Positions 63,103-64,000 of a stretch of DNA of 64,000 nt are shown here, piece by piece (within the stretch, counting starts at the first letter, position 1; each line of letters begins with the position of its first letter). The position numbers were made by a program, and so were the translations under genes. The DNA lies in IMG/VR virus record IMGVR_UViG_3300027710_001279, positions 1-64,000 of that record. One strand, given 5' to 3'. This DNA is from a virus. The notes beneath the pieces are model-generated. The model was not told where the DNA came from. It made no database searches and saw only the letters and a list, made by a program, of their open reading frames with translations.

Positions 63103-63336
63103 ATGAACTACACCGTCCATCAAAGTCAAATTCGTACACTCAGGCAAGACGATCCTCGATTTATTATCAAGGACAAATTTGTTATAAGTCCTAGAGCAGG
63201 ATTTGAATTTAGTCGAGACTGCCCTAGAGAACATAAACTAATAATTATGGAAGCTATCAAAAACGAATGGCTGTTGCCTGTGGCAAATATTACAGAACGT
63301 GAACTAATTTTTATGGGACTCACAAATGAATCTTAA
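63103..63336 (+). CDS. Hypothetical phage protein
   Basis: ORF directly after the promoter. Confidence 0.7.
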   Translation: MNYTVHQSQIRTLRQDDPRFIIKDKFVISPRAGFEFSRDCPREHKLIIMEAIKNEWLLPVANITERELIFMGLTNES

Positions 63337-63919
63337 ATCAGTACTTGAAGTTATCGGTCACAAATTTACCACAGGTGATGACTGGGGGATTAAAACTTTT
63401 AATAACACATCACATATTACATTCAAAGATCAAAACGGACGAGGGTGCGGTCATTGCATTTATAGAAATAACACTAATGAAGTAGTGTACCTAAGTGCAG
63501 AGGTTCCTGAACAACCATTGGCATTCCAATGGATCCACCTAGATTACAAAAAATCCTACTGCGAGGAATTAGGTAATGATTGGAACATTGCCTGGGACGA
63601 AGTCACATATACTAATGTAATCACTGAAGAACTTATGCTCGAGTATATTACAGACATTGTAAATATTGATTACAACAATCTACCTGTTATAGACAGCAAA
63701 GAATATTTCTCAACCAACAAGGCCATTATGAAACAATATACTGTAAAACTTGATGTTAGATATACATTTGATGTTGAGGCCAATTCAATCGATGAAGCAG
63801 TAGCAAAAGCAACTCATTTCCAACAAACAATGAAACACGGTTGGGGTGATGTTCCGGAAGTAAGTTGGTTAGACACCGAAGTTGTCAAAGAGATTGTAGA
63901 ACGTGAACTCCTTTCCTGA
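63326..63919 (+). CDS. Hypothetical phage protein
   Basis: 197-aa ORF overlapping its neighbours. Confidence 0.7.
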   Translation: MNLKSVLEVIGHKFTTGDDWGIKTFNNTSHITFKDQNGRGCGHCIYRNNTNEVVYLSAEVPEQPLAFQWIHLDYKKSYCEELGNDWNIAWDEVTYTNVITEELMLEYITDIVNIDYNNLPVIDSKEYFSTNKAIMKQYTVKLDVRYTFDVEANSIDEAVAKATHFQQTMKHGWGDVPEVSWLDTEVVKEIVERELLS

Positions 63920-64000
63920 AGTTAGAATCGGAATCATTGGATTGGGTTATGTAGGTTCTGCAATCCTTAATTCTTTGTCCGATAGATTTATAGACTTGGT
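63903..64000 (+). CDS. Rossmann-fold dehydrogenase N-terminus (UDP-glucose/GDP-mannose dehydrogenase-like), truncated by window edge
   Basis: GTG start; RIGIIGLGYVGSA GxGxxG motif. Confidence 0.6.
   Translation, partial: MNSFPEVRIGIIGLGYVGSAILNSLSDRFIDL

Noticed and set aside
1-64000. Cellular (bacterial) chromosome, given dnaK, clpX, rpsU, rpoZ, rml genes and tRNAs
   Set aside because: Housekeeping genes lack their normal operon partners and are interleaved with phage-type small ORFs, T4-like late motifs and a dense tRNA array; no rRNA.
1-64000. Alternative genetic code or stop-codon reassignment
   Set aside because: Known proteins are full length under code 11, TAA, TAG and TGA all serve as stops, and no CTA, TTA or TCA suppressor anticodon was found.

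Overview
This 64 kb window is a segment of a large, AT-rich tailed-phage (jumbo/T4-like) genome, not a cellular chromosome. Genes are densely packed, host-like genes lack their usual operon partners, and near-consensus sigma70 promoters coexist with a recurrent TAAATA late-promoter motif. Bug/TctC, DnaK, AhpC/AhpD and DesA-like proteins suggest a betaproteobacterial host (inference). Layout: (1) 1-13 kb, proteostasis/stress/translation genes (ClpX end, bS21, AhpC/AhpD, DnaK, Hsp20, ClpS, heme oxygenase plus bilin reductase); (2) 14-25 kb, a curli (CsgF/CsgG/curlin)-FecR-CHASE2 adenylate cyclase module; (3) 25.5-37 kb, a nucleotide-sugar/glycosyltransferase cluster; (4) 37.7-45.4 kb, a tRNA array (28 tRNAs for all 20 amino acids plus one aberrant tRNA-like gene) mixed with structured ncRNA candidates, RNAP omega and RNA-repair-like enzymes; (5) 45.4-62 kb, an AT-richer island of 2OG-Fe(II)/cupin oxygenases, desaturases, a radical SAM enzyme and an LnmK-like enzyme. 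The strongest novel candidate is an attenuator at the head of the tRNA array. Its 48-codon leader ORF contains all 20 amino acids and overlaps an antiterminator that is mutually exclusive with an intrinsic terminator. This would sense the general health of the host tRNA pool and switch on phage tRNAs when translation stalls. All assignments are by eye; no searches or folding programs were run.
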